A DNA stretch of 63,645 nt, counting the filler, from Reclinomonas americana ATCC 50394 (lineage: Eukaryota), in assembly GCA_048213135.1 (NCBI GenBank). It is 14 parts of 11 records of this genome, joined end to end, with 100 filler letters (N's around TTAATTAATTAA, not from the genome) between each part and the next. Parts side by side here need not be neighbours in the genome. Positions count along the whole stretch, not along the records: positions 10,475 to 17,796 come from PS016022.1; positions 17,897 to 23,218 come from AFZH01016470.1; positions 23,319 to 45,256 come from PS016023.1; 11 more parts are not named here. One strand, 5' to 3'. A model generated the notes under the pieces. It worked only from the letters and a program-made list of their open reading frames with translations. It ran no database searches and was not told where the DNA came from. Every line of letters begins with the position of its first letter. Position 1 is the first letter of the stretch. Positions 13,380 through 26,417 of the stretch are shown one piece after another. A program made the translations under genes and the position numbers.

Positions 13380-14325
13380 GGAATATCGCGTTTTTGTGTT
13401 TTCACGATATCCGACGCGAGCAGCAATTCCGGCACATGCGGACAAACGGAAACGGAAAATGAAGCACGGCTCATCGGCGCGATGAAAGTAGTGTGGTCAT
13501 CCGCACTCGCAGCATGCAAGGGCACTGCAATCGACGGCGGTTTGGGAGCCACAACCGGTTCGGTACGGTTCGGTTTTCAAACGCATCGCGGAATTCGAAG
13601 TTGTCTTGCGGCATCGCATTGCAGCTCCTTCTGCTTCAGAATACGCCTGCTGTTGCCAGCAATTACAAGCACAGTCGACAAGAGACTGTGATGTGAGGAA
13701 GAATGCTGCCACCAATCCCACATGACCTGCGCCTGTGCATGCATGCTATTCTCTCTCACACAAACAGTTTTAGTTGTAGAAGGAAAGCACACGAGACTTG
13801 TTGGCGATCACTGGTAGATGCTCATTGTTGTGTATGGATCAGTGAAGTTTCTATTATTTTCATATGTGCACACACACGAGCGAAGAAGCCGAGGTCTCCC
13901 GTCACGTCCGCAAACACTCGCCCGTGTGTCGACTACTGTGCTTGCTGCACTCATCTCCAACTTAGGAACGAGCTCAGAGAAAGCAACGCGTCAGCAACAC
14001 AAGAGAGCGCTGCGCATGCATGCGCAGCGCTGCGTGTGTTGTCATTTGTGCTCCCTCTCATTCTCCCACACTCTCCCAGCAACTCTCCCTCTTCATCTCC
14101 CCTCTCGGACGGTGACGTTGACTGGACTTGCTGCATGCCAGCTGCAGCTGCAGTGGCTGGCCATGGAAATCTAAACCGGAACTCGTAGATCTGACCGAAG
14201 CAAGTGCTGGCATGCCTGTTCCCGCTGCTCTTGAAGGAGCATGCATCTCGAGAGTTCGCATGTTTTGTTCATTGCTATCCTGCCCGCCAGCCGCAGCGCA
14301 GCGGGAGAAAATTCTTCGCTCATGA

Positions 14326-15087
14326 TCAGTTCTCTTTCGCAATGCCCGCCGTATCGAATGCAGACTTCAGCCGGCCTGCGGCCGCGTCGCTGCGCGACTC
14401 GACGAACAACACGCGATTCGAACCTTGCATCACCAGCTGCAACACAGGCCACACTGAGCGCATGCGCAGACAAGTAAACACGACTTGAGCTGCTGCTGCG
14501 TACCTTGAACACCACGCCGGTCTGCTTGTAGCTGGCCACCTTTCCCGAGTACCTCACCACCTTAAACGCATCCGACTCGCTCACGTTGTTGTCGGTCAAG
14601 AGAGAGTACGTGAAGAACTGCGCACGGGCAGCGTGAAAAACAAGCCCCCTCGAACATGCTGCTTGCTGCAAAGTGTGCGCAGCATTCATGATCACGCACC
14701 TGCGACTGATCGTCGAACTTGATGCTGCAGGTGAGCCAGTCGGAGACCAGGTTGTCCTCCTTGATTCTCGACCGCTGCACCGTCAAGGTGCCGGCGTGGA
14801 CCTGCACGAGGGAGGACTCATCTGCGACCACGACAAGTGCGCGCAGGTATGTCAGCAATGATGGTCATGTCGAACACGTACGCGACGCACATGCAGAGAA
14901 GATTGTAGGGAGAGAGAAAGAGGGAGTGGCAAGAGAGCCATGGCCATGCTCACTCTCTGCAAACGCAACAATCGGCCAGTGCCTCTCGCAAGTCACTGCG
15001 GAGGGTACGTGCAGAGGCCACTGCGCACGAGGCACACAGAAGAATACAGGCAACGGCGAGCAAGACGACGAGTGTGTTTCGGCTCAT
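14326..15087 (-). CDS. Small signal-peptide protein with a PH-like domain, copy 2
   Basis: Paralog of 12636-13379 with the same exon structure and a stop at the same position (GIAKEN*). Confidence 0.7.
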
Positions 15088-15999
15088 GGAATATCGTGTT
15101 TTATGCTTTTCGATGATATCCAACGCGAGCCTCAATGCATGCCTGCGTTACAGCGGACAAAAGGAAACGCGTTTTGCTGCGTGTGGATCATCAGCGCGTA
15201 CACAGCAGTGTGGTCATCAGCACTTGCAGCACGCAAAAGGGCGCTGCAATCGACGTGGGAGAGAGGAGAGCGAACACCTGCAGATCCGGACGATCGTGTC
15301 CTCTCCTTATCGGTTCGCTTCTGTTGGCTTCCTCTCTTCGGAGAGCAAGCCACCTGATCGGTACTCAACTGCGGTGATCACTCGGGTCTCTCTGAAGTCG
15401 TAGACGAAGAGATATCGATGGCGCGGCCACAACCGGTTTGCTGCGGTCCGGTTCGGTTTTCAAACGCAGCGCAGGCCGGAAGTGGCCGCACGGAAAACAC
15501 TGGCGGCATCGCACTGCAGCTCCCTCTGCACAGCATGTCACTGGTGTCATCGGCAACACAGCACGCACAGTCGACAAATTACTGTGTCCCGCGTTGCGAG
15601 GAAAATTCTGAAAACCGATGTCGACATGTCCTGCATCCCTGTCTCACACTCACACACACACACGAGAGCCAAGGAGCCGAGGCCTCCCGTCACCTCCGCA
15701 GACACTCTCCTGTATATCGACAAGCTCGCTTGCTGCAGATCAGGAAAGAACGCGACGGAAACAGCGCATCCTCACACGCAAAACAAACCACGCACGCAAT
15801 ATCAGTGACCTCCTGTGCGTCATGGCAAGTGGCAGTGGTGTGCACCGTGAGTTGCGTCGAGCTGGTCCTTCTCCTTTTCATTATCTCTGTGTGTGTGATT
15901 TCCTCATGCTGCGATGATTGCTTCACACTCTTCTGACTCCGCCTGGCGCTTCTCTATTTATTCTCTCTCAGTTTCTCACTCTCTTACGTGCACCACCCC

Positions 16000-17125
16000 T
16001 CACGTCTCTCTCTATGCACTTTCTCCTCTCTCACTCTTTCTCTCACTCTCGCTTTCCTCTCTCTCTCTCTCTCTCTCTGCCTTCCTCTCTTCTCTCACAC
16101 TCGAGATATCTCTCCGCAGTTTCTCATTTACCTTCCTCGTGCTCTCCTCTCATTCCCCTTAGTCTCCCTCTCTCTCTTATACCCTTTCTGTTTCAATCAT
16201 TCTCTCCTCTCATGCTCACTCTGCCTTTCTCTCTTCTCTCACACTCGAGATGTCTCTCCGCAGTTTCTCCTTGCCTCCCTCTTGCTCTCCCCTCATTCCC
16301 CTTCACTCTCCCTCTCTTTCTCTTTTATCCCCTTTCTGTTCCAATCATTCTCTCCTCTCATGCTCACTCTACCTTTCTCTCTTCTCTCACACTCGAGATG
16401 TCTCTCCGCAGTTTCTCCTTTGCCTCCCTCTTGCTCGCCCTCATTCCCCTTCACTCTCCCTCTCTTTCTCTTTTATCCCCTTTCTGCTTCAATCATTCTC
16501 TCCTCTCATTCTCTCTCTGCCTTCTCTTTTCTCTCACACTCGATATATCTCCGCAGTTTCTCCTTTGCCTCACTCTTGCTCTCCCCTTCACTCTCCCTCT
16601 CTCTCCCTCTCTCTTTTATCCCCTATCTGTTTCAATCATTCTCTCCTCTCATTCTCACGCTGCCTTCCTCTCTTCTCTCACACACGATATCTCTCCGCAG
16701 TTTCTCCTCTGCATCCTCTTGCTCTCCTCTCATTCCCCTTCACTCCCTCTCTCTCTTATACCCTTTCTGCTTCAATCATTCTCTCCTCTCATTCTCACGC
16801 TGCCTTCCTCTCTTCTCTCACACTCGATATATCTCTCCGCAGCGCTGTTTCTCCTTTTCCTCCCTCTTGCTCGCCCTCATTCCCCTACAGTCTCCCTCTC
16901 TCTCTCTCTTATACCCTTTCTGTTTCAATCATTCTCTCCTTATTCTCACTCTGCCTTCTCTTTTCTCTCACACTCGATATATCTCCGCAGTTTCTCCTTT
17001 GCCTCACTCTTGCTCTCCCCTTCACTCTCCCTCTCTCTCCCTCTCTCTTTTATCCCCTATCTGTTTCAATCATTCTCTCCTCTCATTCTCACGCTGCCTT
17101 CCTCTCTTCTCTCACACTCGATTTA
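16000..17125 (+). repeat. CT-rich ~125-140 bp minisatellite (ctcacactcgatatatctccgcagtttctcc...tttcaatcattctctcc)
   Basis: About 8 degenerate copies. They generate the long spurious Ser/Leu/Phe ORFs in this region. Confidence 0.9.
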
Positions 17126-17248
17126 TGTCCTCTGCTGTCCGCCTCACCCCGTTTCGCTCTTCCCCACATTCCCCTTTACTCTCGCTCGTTGCCTTCCATC
17201 CCCCCTCACTCTCCCTCTTCTCCCTCACCCCCACCCTCCCACAGCGCC

Positions 17249-20200
17249 ATGTCGTACGACACTGACGACGCCTCCTCATCGACCGCCGCACCTCCCGCTG
17301 GTGCGTCACACCACCCTCAGCTCCCATCTCAATCTCCATTTGCTGACCATCGCCTCTCACAGCGGCGCCAGACCCGCTCATCGCCCGCACCGTCAACCCA
17401 GTCACCACCTTCCGCTTCCCGAGTCGGCGCACTCTGGCCACCGCGCTCGCCACTCGCATTGCGGACGCTGTGGAAGGTTCACCTCTTTCTCGCACAACAA
17501 CTCTCACCTCTTGCCTAGTTCTAACCGCTCCGCAGCTCACCATCCCATCGTTGTGGTACTGACGGGAGACGGCGGCACTGGCAAATCATTCCTGGCCGAC
17601 CTGCTCGTGACCGAGTTGCTGGTCACAAGTCGGTGGAACGGGTCTGCCGTGTCGGTGGAGATGCGCGGTCATGTGGCCGATGCAAAGGAGCATGTGAAGG
17701 TATGAGGACGCACAAGGGCACTGTGATTACGAACAGCAGCGATGGGAGGAAAGAGCAGGAAAAGATGAAGGGCAGAGATGTCAGAAGGAGAAGTGANNNN
17801 NNNNNNNNNNNNNNNNNNNNNNNNNNNNNNNNNNNNNNNNTTAATTAATTAANNNNNNNNNNNNNNNNNNNNNNNNNNNNNNNNNNNNNNNNNNNNTACG
17901 AAAGGTGGTACAAGAATACAATGGCCGCTACCAGCAGTGGAGTACGAGCATAAAGAGCGACGAAAGCAATTGTCAGTGCAGTGGCGGAGGTCATGTGAGT
18001 GAGGAAGAGGTTGCACAACAGTACAGTGATCCCCACCAGCATGGACATCGAAGAGCAGGGGGAGTAGCGCAAGCGGAGAATAGACAGAGAGCTACATGTA
18101 GTTGGCCAAGAGAGGTGATACGGGAGTGAGTAAGGGAAAGTACGTGAGGACAGTGGTTACAAACAGCATGACCAGAGAAGTGAGGATGAGGCACAAGAGG
18201 GCAGTGACCGCTATGAGCGGCGAGGAGAGGACAGAGCCACAAGTAGTTTACCGAGAGAAGTTCGGAAGAGGCAGCGCAAGAGGTCAGTGGTCCCCAACAG
18301 CAACATAGGGAGGAAAGAAACACAAGCAGTGGAGCGAGAGAGAGAGAGCTGTGGCACATGTGGACATTTATCTCCACCAGCCGCGAGGAGAGCAGGAGCA
18401 TGGAGGTCACTCACGCTACGCGTCAGGCGGAGAGCGCACTGGGAGACGCGCTGCGTGCATTCGTCGCGGCACAAGCGCGAGTTGACGAGGCGGAGGGTCG
18501 ACGAATGGCCAGTCAAGTGGACGCGCTGCTGGCAAGTCAGGAGCTTGAGCCAGCACGTCGGCTCCTGCGACAATTGATGCAAGCCTCGAGCGGCGTGATG
18601 GTACTCGACAATGTGGGTTCGGCGGAACAAGTGAGGAGTGTTGTGTGCAGCGCCGAGGGTGAGTGAGCGCCGTCGCCAATCGACAATACGGAGATGCTTA
18701 TATCCTCTTTTTCCGCAACGCCAGGCGGATTGGTGGCCCCGATCGTGGTGCTCACCAGCCGACACGCGCGTGTGGCCGACGAGATTCGCGACATCGTGGC
18801 GAATGAAGCAGAGGTGGAATGCGTGCAAGTCGAGAGCGTCGAAGATGAGGACGTGGTGGAACTGGTGGAGGAGCGACTGCGCAGCGTGGTCGGAGAGGGA
18901 GTGCGTCGACGCATTGTGGAGGCGCTGGAGAGCGGTGGACAGCAACACAAGAGCGCACTGCGAGTGAGTGCGTGTGTGGGGTGAGCGAATGCGCATGATC
19001 TGGCTGTTACTGTACGCTCTCTATCACTCTCTCACTTTTGCCTCACTTCTGCGCATCACGCAGTTGGCTTCTCACGCAGTCGCCAGCGCAGTTGGAGGGC
19101 GCGCGACTGGAGCAAATCCTCCACGGCATTGGCGGCGATGCACTGTCGCAACTGCTGGAACGCAACGTAATGTCGCAGACACTGCCGGCGCGCCGCTTGT
19201 TACTACTGATCACGTCGTGCAAGGAACTCGGCTTGCCGGTGACGCCGGCACTCGCACGAGTGATGCTGGGCTTGTTTCATGCACTCCCCGATGTCGGTGA
19301 CGAGGCGGAGGTGGGCGTGCCGGCTGACGACGAGGAACTGGCAACGAGGCTGATGGAGCTGGGCGAGTGTGTGCGACGACTTCGTCTACATGAGTTGGCG
19401 CAGGAGAGGCGACGCCGTGCACCCGACTTGCTGGGTGAGCGACTGCAAGTTGACGAGATGAGTGAGGAGGAGGAGCAGCGAGTGCACGCTCGACGGATGG
19501 AGTTGCTGGGCGAGGCGGAGGAGGATGTGCAAGAATTGTTGGAGGCTCTGTGTCGGTGCAATTTGGTGACGGTGGGTGTCAGCGGCAGCACGGACAGTGT
19601 GGCTCGTGTGCTGGCGGGGGAGCAAGTGCGTGAGAGTAACGTTGTCATGGAATACCGCGTGCACGACGAGATTGCGGCGTGGATTGTGCGACAAAGTGAA
19701 GCGGCCGTGTCGCGAACGCAGCGACTCCTCGTGCGTCTGCTGTGCTGCACTCTGGTGGGCATTGACACCGCCTTGGACAATGACCGCACCGTGCTGGTAT
19801 CTCGTGACATTGCCGGGGTGATGCACGTTGTGTGGCAGCGTCTGTGCAAGGACGACAAGCTGTGGTCTGCGATCGGTGTCCGCGGCCCCCTACTGCAGTG
19901 CTCGGCGGTGGAGTGGATCAGCGAGCAGTGCGTCACTGGTCACCTGCCGACCCGCGGATTCGACATGACTCTCGTTCCGACGCTGTTGGATCGTGTGACC
20001 GAGTATGGTGAGCAGCAGAGCAGGCACACATGTCGACCGCTCAGTGTGACGGTGGCGCGGTGTCGTGCGTGGCTCTTCGATGTGCTGTACCAGTGGCAGG
20101 ACCGTGCGGCTGCGTGGCAGCAGGCGTGCCGTCTGTGCGAGGAGTGGGGAGCTGCAGCTGGCGCAATGTCCGTGTTGGAAGGCATGGCCGCGCAGCGTAA

Positions 20201-20945
20201 CATCATGTGGCTCGCCAACGGCACCGAAAACTTGCCGCTGTTGGTGCACTGCTACCACCAACAGTGCGTCACGCTCGGCGAGAGTCACCCCGACTCGCTA
20301 GTAACACTGGTCTACGTCGCCGGCTATCACCAGCGCAAGCGCGAAAACCGCGAGGCCGAGGCTCTCAATCGGCGATGCTGGGAATTGCGGCGGCGAGTGC
20401 TCGGCGAAGAGCATCCCGACACACTGATCTCCATGAACAATCTGGCCTCCAGCATTCACGACCCGGCGCGTCTCCACGAGGTTCTCACACTCAAGCGTGA
20501 GTGCACGCGGTTGATGGTGGCGGCGCTCGGCGCGCGCCATCCGTACGCACTCATGGCGCAGAGTAATCTCGGGGCCACGGTACTGCGCAAGGACACGCCA
20601 GAGTCGACGGCGCAGGCAACTGATCTGTGTTGCGAGTGCCTCGAGGCACGGCGCGAGGTGCTCGGCAGCCGGCACGAAGACACCCTCGCGACGCTGGCCA
20701 ACTACGGTTTCCTGCTGATGCTGCAGCGGCAGTGGGCGGCGGCGCAGCCGCTGCTGGTGGAGTGTGTGGCGGGTCGTCGGGCGGTGCTCGGCGATCAGCA
20801 TCCGGAGACGCTGAAGGCCGAGAAGCTGCTGGGTGATTGTCGGTGGTATGAGGCGGAACAGCAGCAGCAGCAGCAGCAGCAGCAGGCGGCAGCGGTGGAG
20901 GAGGTGGCAATGGCGGAGGAGGGTGGTGGTGATGAGCCAAGGTGA
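17249..20945 (+). CDS. STAND (NB-ARC-like) NTPase with C-terminal TPR repeats, NLR-like (crosses a gap)
   Basis: Walker A VVVLTGDGGTGKS, Walker B VMVLDNV, sensor VVLTSR, MHD-like YRVHDEI, and kinesin-light-chain-type TPRs LGESHPDSL, LGEEHPDTLISMNNLA, LGARHPYAL, LGSRHEDTL, LGDQHPETL. Confidence 0.85.
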
Positions 20946-21638
20946 AATGAAGTGTGATTGATGCGATAACAACGGATAGAGCAGGAGCTGAGCTAGTCGA
21001 GCGACAGCAACACAATGGCCAGTTTGGAAGGGCTTCTTGCGTCCGTATTCTTCGAACAACAATTCATTCGAAAATCTCCGAGTCCAACCATTTCCAAACA
21101 GTGAGGCACGCTTAACAGAGCAGACGTAATTGGCAATGAGGTTGAGCCGCGGGGGAAATAATCCCACGGCCGGCGCTCGGCAATACTCGGGGTCTCGAAG
21201 TTTGATCATGAAAACTGGAAATCGCAATATCGAATTCGAAACAATTCACAGAAGCGAAAGTCAGCAACCCAATACGAGCATGCACATGCACAGAAGCATA
21301 GAGGAGCGAGTCCGGACCGAATACGCCTCGTGGAGGCCCATGGCCACTGCAGAATTCGATCGCGAATTCAGAACACTTGCATGCAGGCTTTTGCGGTTTC
21401 GAATTCGCGACACTCCTACGCACCATTCTCTTGTTCCAATTCTATCCCCCACGCAAGCCCAAGAACCGCAATCGATATCGCTGTTTGCGAATTTGAACGG
21501 ATTTGCGACCGACGAAATCGCACTCGACACTGCATCCAAAGGTTCGCGCGTTCGCTCTCCCTTCACCCACTCCTACCCTCCCACCATCACCACTCACTTC
21601 TCCTCTCTCACACACACATAGTTGTTGCTGTTGTGTGA

Positions 21639-24600
21639 ATGAACTCGATCGAGCACGCGCAACACCGAGGCCGCGGCCGTGGCGGCGCTGGCCAACGCGG
21701 CACTGGCCCTGAGCAACTGCTCGGCAAGTTCCGCGTTGCACAAAGGTAAACACATACGCACACACACAAGAGAGCGAAAGAGAAAGAAAAAAAGTGCTGC
21801 CTTTGCGCGCGCGAAATCGTGCACGCGCCATCGCCTTCTCTCTTGGTGCCCCCCCCCTCGACACTTGCGCTCTCACTCATTGCCTTTCGCATACACAGCC
21901 CAAGTGGTATGCCAGCCATGGGCAGCAGGTTGCGTGGCGATTCCCTTGCACGCGCTCACAAACAACAACACATTGACTGAGTGTGATCGCCTCTCTCTTT
22001 CTCAGCGATCCCACTCGTCGTCACATGTTGCCGCACGGATCCAGCACCTTCCGTCGCAAGATCAGCCACGGTGAGAGAGAGGACGCAGCACACACACACA
22101 GCACAGACAGTGTTTCTTTTTTGTCTATCATGCGCTCAAATCCGTTACAAATTTCTGTGACACTCTGTGGCGCATCAGTGGCCTTCACTGTGACACTGTG
22201 TTTTTGTGTCACTTTCTCCCTCTCTGAGTGTGCACATGTGCATATGTCTCTGTCTATGTGTGCGCGTTTCTCTGCGTGATTGTTGCTTCGCGCCTGTTTT
22301 TTTTGTCTGTTGAGTGTGTTTCGCGCCATCACGTGGAGATGGCCACACTCTCTCTCCCTCCCAGCACACACACTCATGCACACGCATGCTGTTGTTGTTG
22401 CTCACTGATTGCTCTTTTCGTGCAGGTCATGAGGTTGCATATCGACCGGCCGACTTGAAGAACCCGGTGGAGAAGTCGAAGCTGTGGGAACTGATGGCCA
22501 AGTACCTGTCGAAGGGTGCGTGTGTTACACAACGCCGCTTTTACATATGCACCGTGCAGCACCCCATCTTTCCCGCTCTCTTTTTCTGCGAATGATCATC
22601 ATGCACGATTCTCTGCCGTTTTCGACTTTTTTTTTGCCTCATTTCGCGCGCGCGCGCTCATTTGGCAGACGTCAAGGACATTCAGCAGTACATTTGCAAC
22701 CACGTGGAGTACACGCTGGCGCGCACTCGCTACAACCTCGATTCGTACTCGGCGTACCAGGCCACGGCCTTGTCGGTCCGCGATCGCTTGATTGAGAGCT
22801 GGAATGACACTCAGCAGGTCAGCAGTTGGGCACGCTGAGCTGGGGTGCGCACGCTGAGCAGCGAGTTAACTGACGTGTTGATCCGTGGCAGTTCTTCACC
22901 GACCGCGACGTGAAGCGCGTGTACTACATGTCGCTGGAGTTCCTGATGGGCCGCAGCTTGCAGAATGCGTTGCGTTTGGTTGACGAAGAGCTCTCTGTCT
23001 CTCCTTCTCTTCCTTCTCTCTTCTGTGTTGCTTGCGCGCGCTCTCGTCACTGCTTGATCTCGTTGCTTGTGTTTCTCGTTCTGCCTTCCCCCCCTTCTGT
23101 CTCCTTCCAGTCTGTCATGCTCTCTTTCTCTCTCTCTCACCCTCTCTCCCTTCCCCATTTCCCCCTTTCCCTTTCTCCCCACCTCATCTCTTCTTCCCCC
23201 TTTCCCCTTCCCCCCCCCNNNNNNNNNNNNNNNNNNNNNNNNNNNNNNNNNNNNNNNNNNNNTTAATTAATTAANNNNNNNNNNNNNNNNNNNNNNNNNN
23301 NNNNNNNNNNNNNNNNNNCCCCCTTCCCCTTTTCTCATCACGTCCCTCCCTACAGGAATTCGACCTGCAGTCCTTCAACTCGGGCGACTACATCTCGGCC
23401 ATTGAGCACCGCCGCCGTGCCGAGTCCGTGTCGTACGTGCTGTACCCGAACGACAACACCTACGTCGGCAAGGAGCTGCGCCTGAAGCAGCAGTACTTCT
23501 TCTCGAGCGCCACGCTGCAGGATGTGGTGCGCCGCTTCAAGAAGCAGCACCGCCCGCTGACCCAGCTGGCCGACAAGGTCGTCATCCAGCTGAACGACAC
23601 GCACCCGACCATCTCGGTGGCCGAGCTGATGCGCCTGCTCGTCGACGACGAGTTCATGGGCTGGGACGAGGCCTGGGCTGTCACCCGCGGCGTCTTTGCC
23701 TTCACCAACCACACTGTGCTGCCGGAGGCCCTGGAGAAGTGGCCGGTGCCGCTGATGGAGCACCTGCTGCCTCGGTCAGTCGCTTTTTTTGTTTCATCTC
23801 TCTCTTTCCTCGTCACCCTCACCTTTCTTGTTCCTTGCAGCCACATGCAGATCATTTTTGAAATCAACCACCGCTTCCTGCTGGAGGTTGCCGCTCGCTA
23901 CCCTGGCGACATTGATCGCATCCGCCGCATGAGCATCATCGAGGAGGGCGACACCAAGATGGTGCGCATGGCCTTCCTGGCCATTGTGGGCTCGCACGCC
24001 GTCAACGGCGTGGCCATGATCCACTCGGAGATTCTCCGCACGCACGTGTTCAAGGAGTTCTCGGACATGTACCCCGAGCGCTTCTTCAACGTCACCAACG
24101 GTGTCACCCCGCGCCGCTGGCTGGCCATTGCCAACCCGAAGTATGCCGACCTCATCTCCAAGTGGATCGAGCAGGACGACTGGCTGCTCAACATGGAGAA
24201 GCTGGCCGATCTGGCCGATCACGTCTCGGATCCCGAGCTGCAGCGCGAGTGGATTGAGATTCGTCAGTTCAACAAGGTGAGCGAGAAAGAGAGTGTGTGT
24301 GATGTCTGCGACGAGACGCATGTTTCTAATCATCTCTCCCCCCGCGCAGCGTGTGTTGGCCGAGTACGTGCAGCAGACGCTGGGCGTGCAAATCAGCACC
24401 GACTCGATGTTCGACGTGCAGATCAAGCGCATCCACGGTTTGTTACACCCACTTCCCTTCTAATTTTTATCACTTCTCTTCTCATCCCACTCCCTCCTCT
24501 CAACCACAGAGTACAAGCGCCAGCTGTTGAACGTACTAAGCGTGATCTACCGCTACGACCGCCTGAAGCGCATGACGCCGGCGGAGCGCAGCGATGTGGT

Positions 24601-26208
24601 GAAGCGCACGGTGATGATTGGCGGCAAGGCCGCTCCTGGCTACGCCATGGCCAAGCTCATCATCAAGCTCGTCAACTCGGTGGGCGACGTGATCAACTCG
24701 GACCCGGAGACGAACCAGTACCTCAAGCTGCTGTTCCTGCCCAACTACAACGTGTCGTTGGCCGAGGTCATCATCCCGGCCTCGGATCTGTCGCAGCACA
24801 TCTCCACTGCCGGCACGGAGGCGTCGGGCACCAGCAACATGAAGTTTGCGATGAACGGCTGCCTGCTCATCGGCACCATGGATGGCGCCAACATTGAGAT
24901 TGCGGAGCGCATCGGCTCAGAGAACATGTTCATCTTTGGTACGCTGAAGGACGACGTGGCCACGGCTCGTGATCGCGTTCGGTGAGTTTGTGATTTGGGG
25001 AGAGGGTGGAGCAGAGGATGGGGAAGGTCTCTCTCTCTCTATATCACAGTTCGATGGTCGCACATCAGTCCCTTGTCGTGTCATGCCCCCGCACGTCTCG
25101 CCTCCTCTTTTTTTCATCCTCACTCTTCCTGTCCTCAATTTCACTCCTCTCCTCTCCTGACGGCTTCCGTTCCTTGCCTCCATCTCCTCTCCCTTCCCTC
25201 GTCCTTTTGCCTTCTTTCTTCTCCTTTCCCCCTTCCCCTCCCCCTTCTCCTTTTCCTCGTTCCCTCCCCCTTGCCTCCCCCCATCCCTCCCCCTTTCCCT
25301 TTCCCTTCCCCCTTTCCCTTCCCCCTTTCCCTTCCTCCTTATCCTTCCCCTCCGTTCCCTTCCCCTTTCCCTTTCTTTTTTCGTTCACCCGTTTCCTTCC
25401 CTCTTTCCCTTCCCTCTTTCCCTTCCTCCTCCCCCCCCCTCTTTCTCTTCTCCCTTTCCCTCCTCCCTTCCCTCTTCTCCCCCTCCCCCCTCCTCCTTTC
25501 CCACTTCTCCCCCTTTCCCTTCTTCCCCCTCATCTCACCCTTCTCCTCTCTCGCAGGAGCGGCGAGTTCCTGGAGGACTCGCGCCTGGAGCGCGTCAAGG
25601 AGCTGATCCGCGCCGGCACGTTTGGCGACCCCGAGCTGTTTGCCAGCATTCTGCACGCCATTGACGGCCCGAACGACTACTACCTTACGGGCTACGACTT
25701 TGCGGACTACCTCGAGGCGCAGGAGCGCGTGGACGACCTGTACCGCAACCAGCAGGAGTGGATCAAGCGATCGATTCTGTCGACGGCCTTCTCGGGCCAC
25801 TTTTCGAGCGACCGCTCGGTGGGCGAATACGCCAAGCTCATCTGGGGCGTGCAACCGTGCCCGCGCCCGGATCCGTACGCGCAACCCAACATCCCCGCCA
25901 ACGTCGCTGCTGGCTCTGCTGGCACCTCGCCGTCGTCGGCCAGCTCGGCTGCTGCTGCTGCCGCCGCTGCCGCCTCTCACCGCGGCATCGGCAGCCCGGT
26001 GGGCACCGGCCCGTCCAAGGCCACGTCACAGTCGCCGCCGTCGGTCGGCCAGTCGGCTGTGTCGGCCGCCTCGTCATTGCCGCCTCCTGGACCCTCGAAG
26101 AGCGCCGCGCACGCCAAGGCATCGCCAGGCGGCTCTGCCGCGCCGTCAGCGGCCGGCGCACCTGCCGCCGCTGCCTCGGGCAAGAGCGGCAACAAGTCGC
26201 GACATTAA
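21639..26208 (+). CDS. Glycogen/alpha-glucan phosphorylase (multi-exon; part missing in gap; start codon uncertain)
   Basis: [114 protein letters not shown] (PLP lysine), FSSDRSV. Confidence 0.97.
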
Positions 26209-26417
26209 GTGCAAGGTCGCGGTTGGAGTATGCCTGTATTCTGTGCAATGTCTGTCTGTCTGTGTGTGTGTGAGTGCGTGCGTGTGTGCTTGTTACAGGA
26301 GCGAGAAAAGAAACACACACAGTATGTGAATCGTGAGGGAAACCGGCTTATTATATGCGTAACCACCCATTAGCGTATCCGAAGCGTCGATGGTCGCCTT
26401 CATTTTTTCCCCTCTCA

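Noticed and set aside
15918..17240. Long Ser/Leu/Phe-rich ORFs in three frames
   Set aside because: Produced by a CT-rich minisatellite that lacks stop codons.
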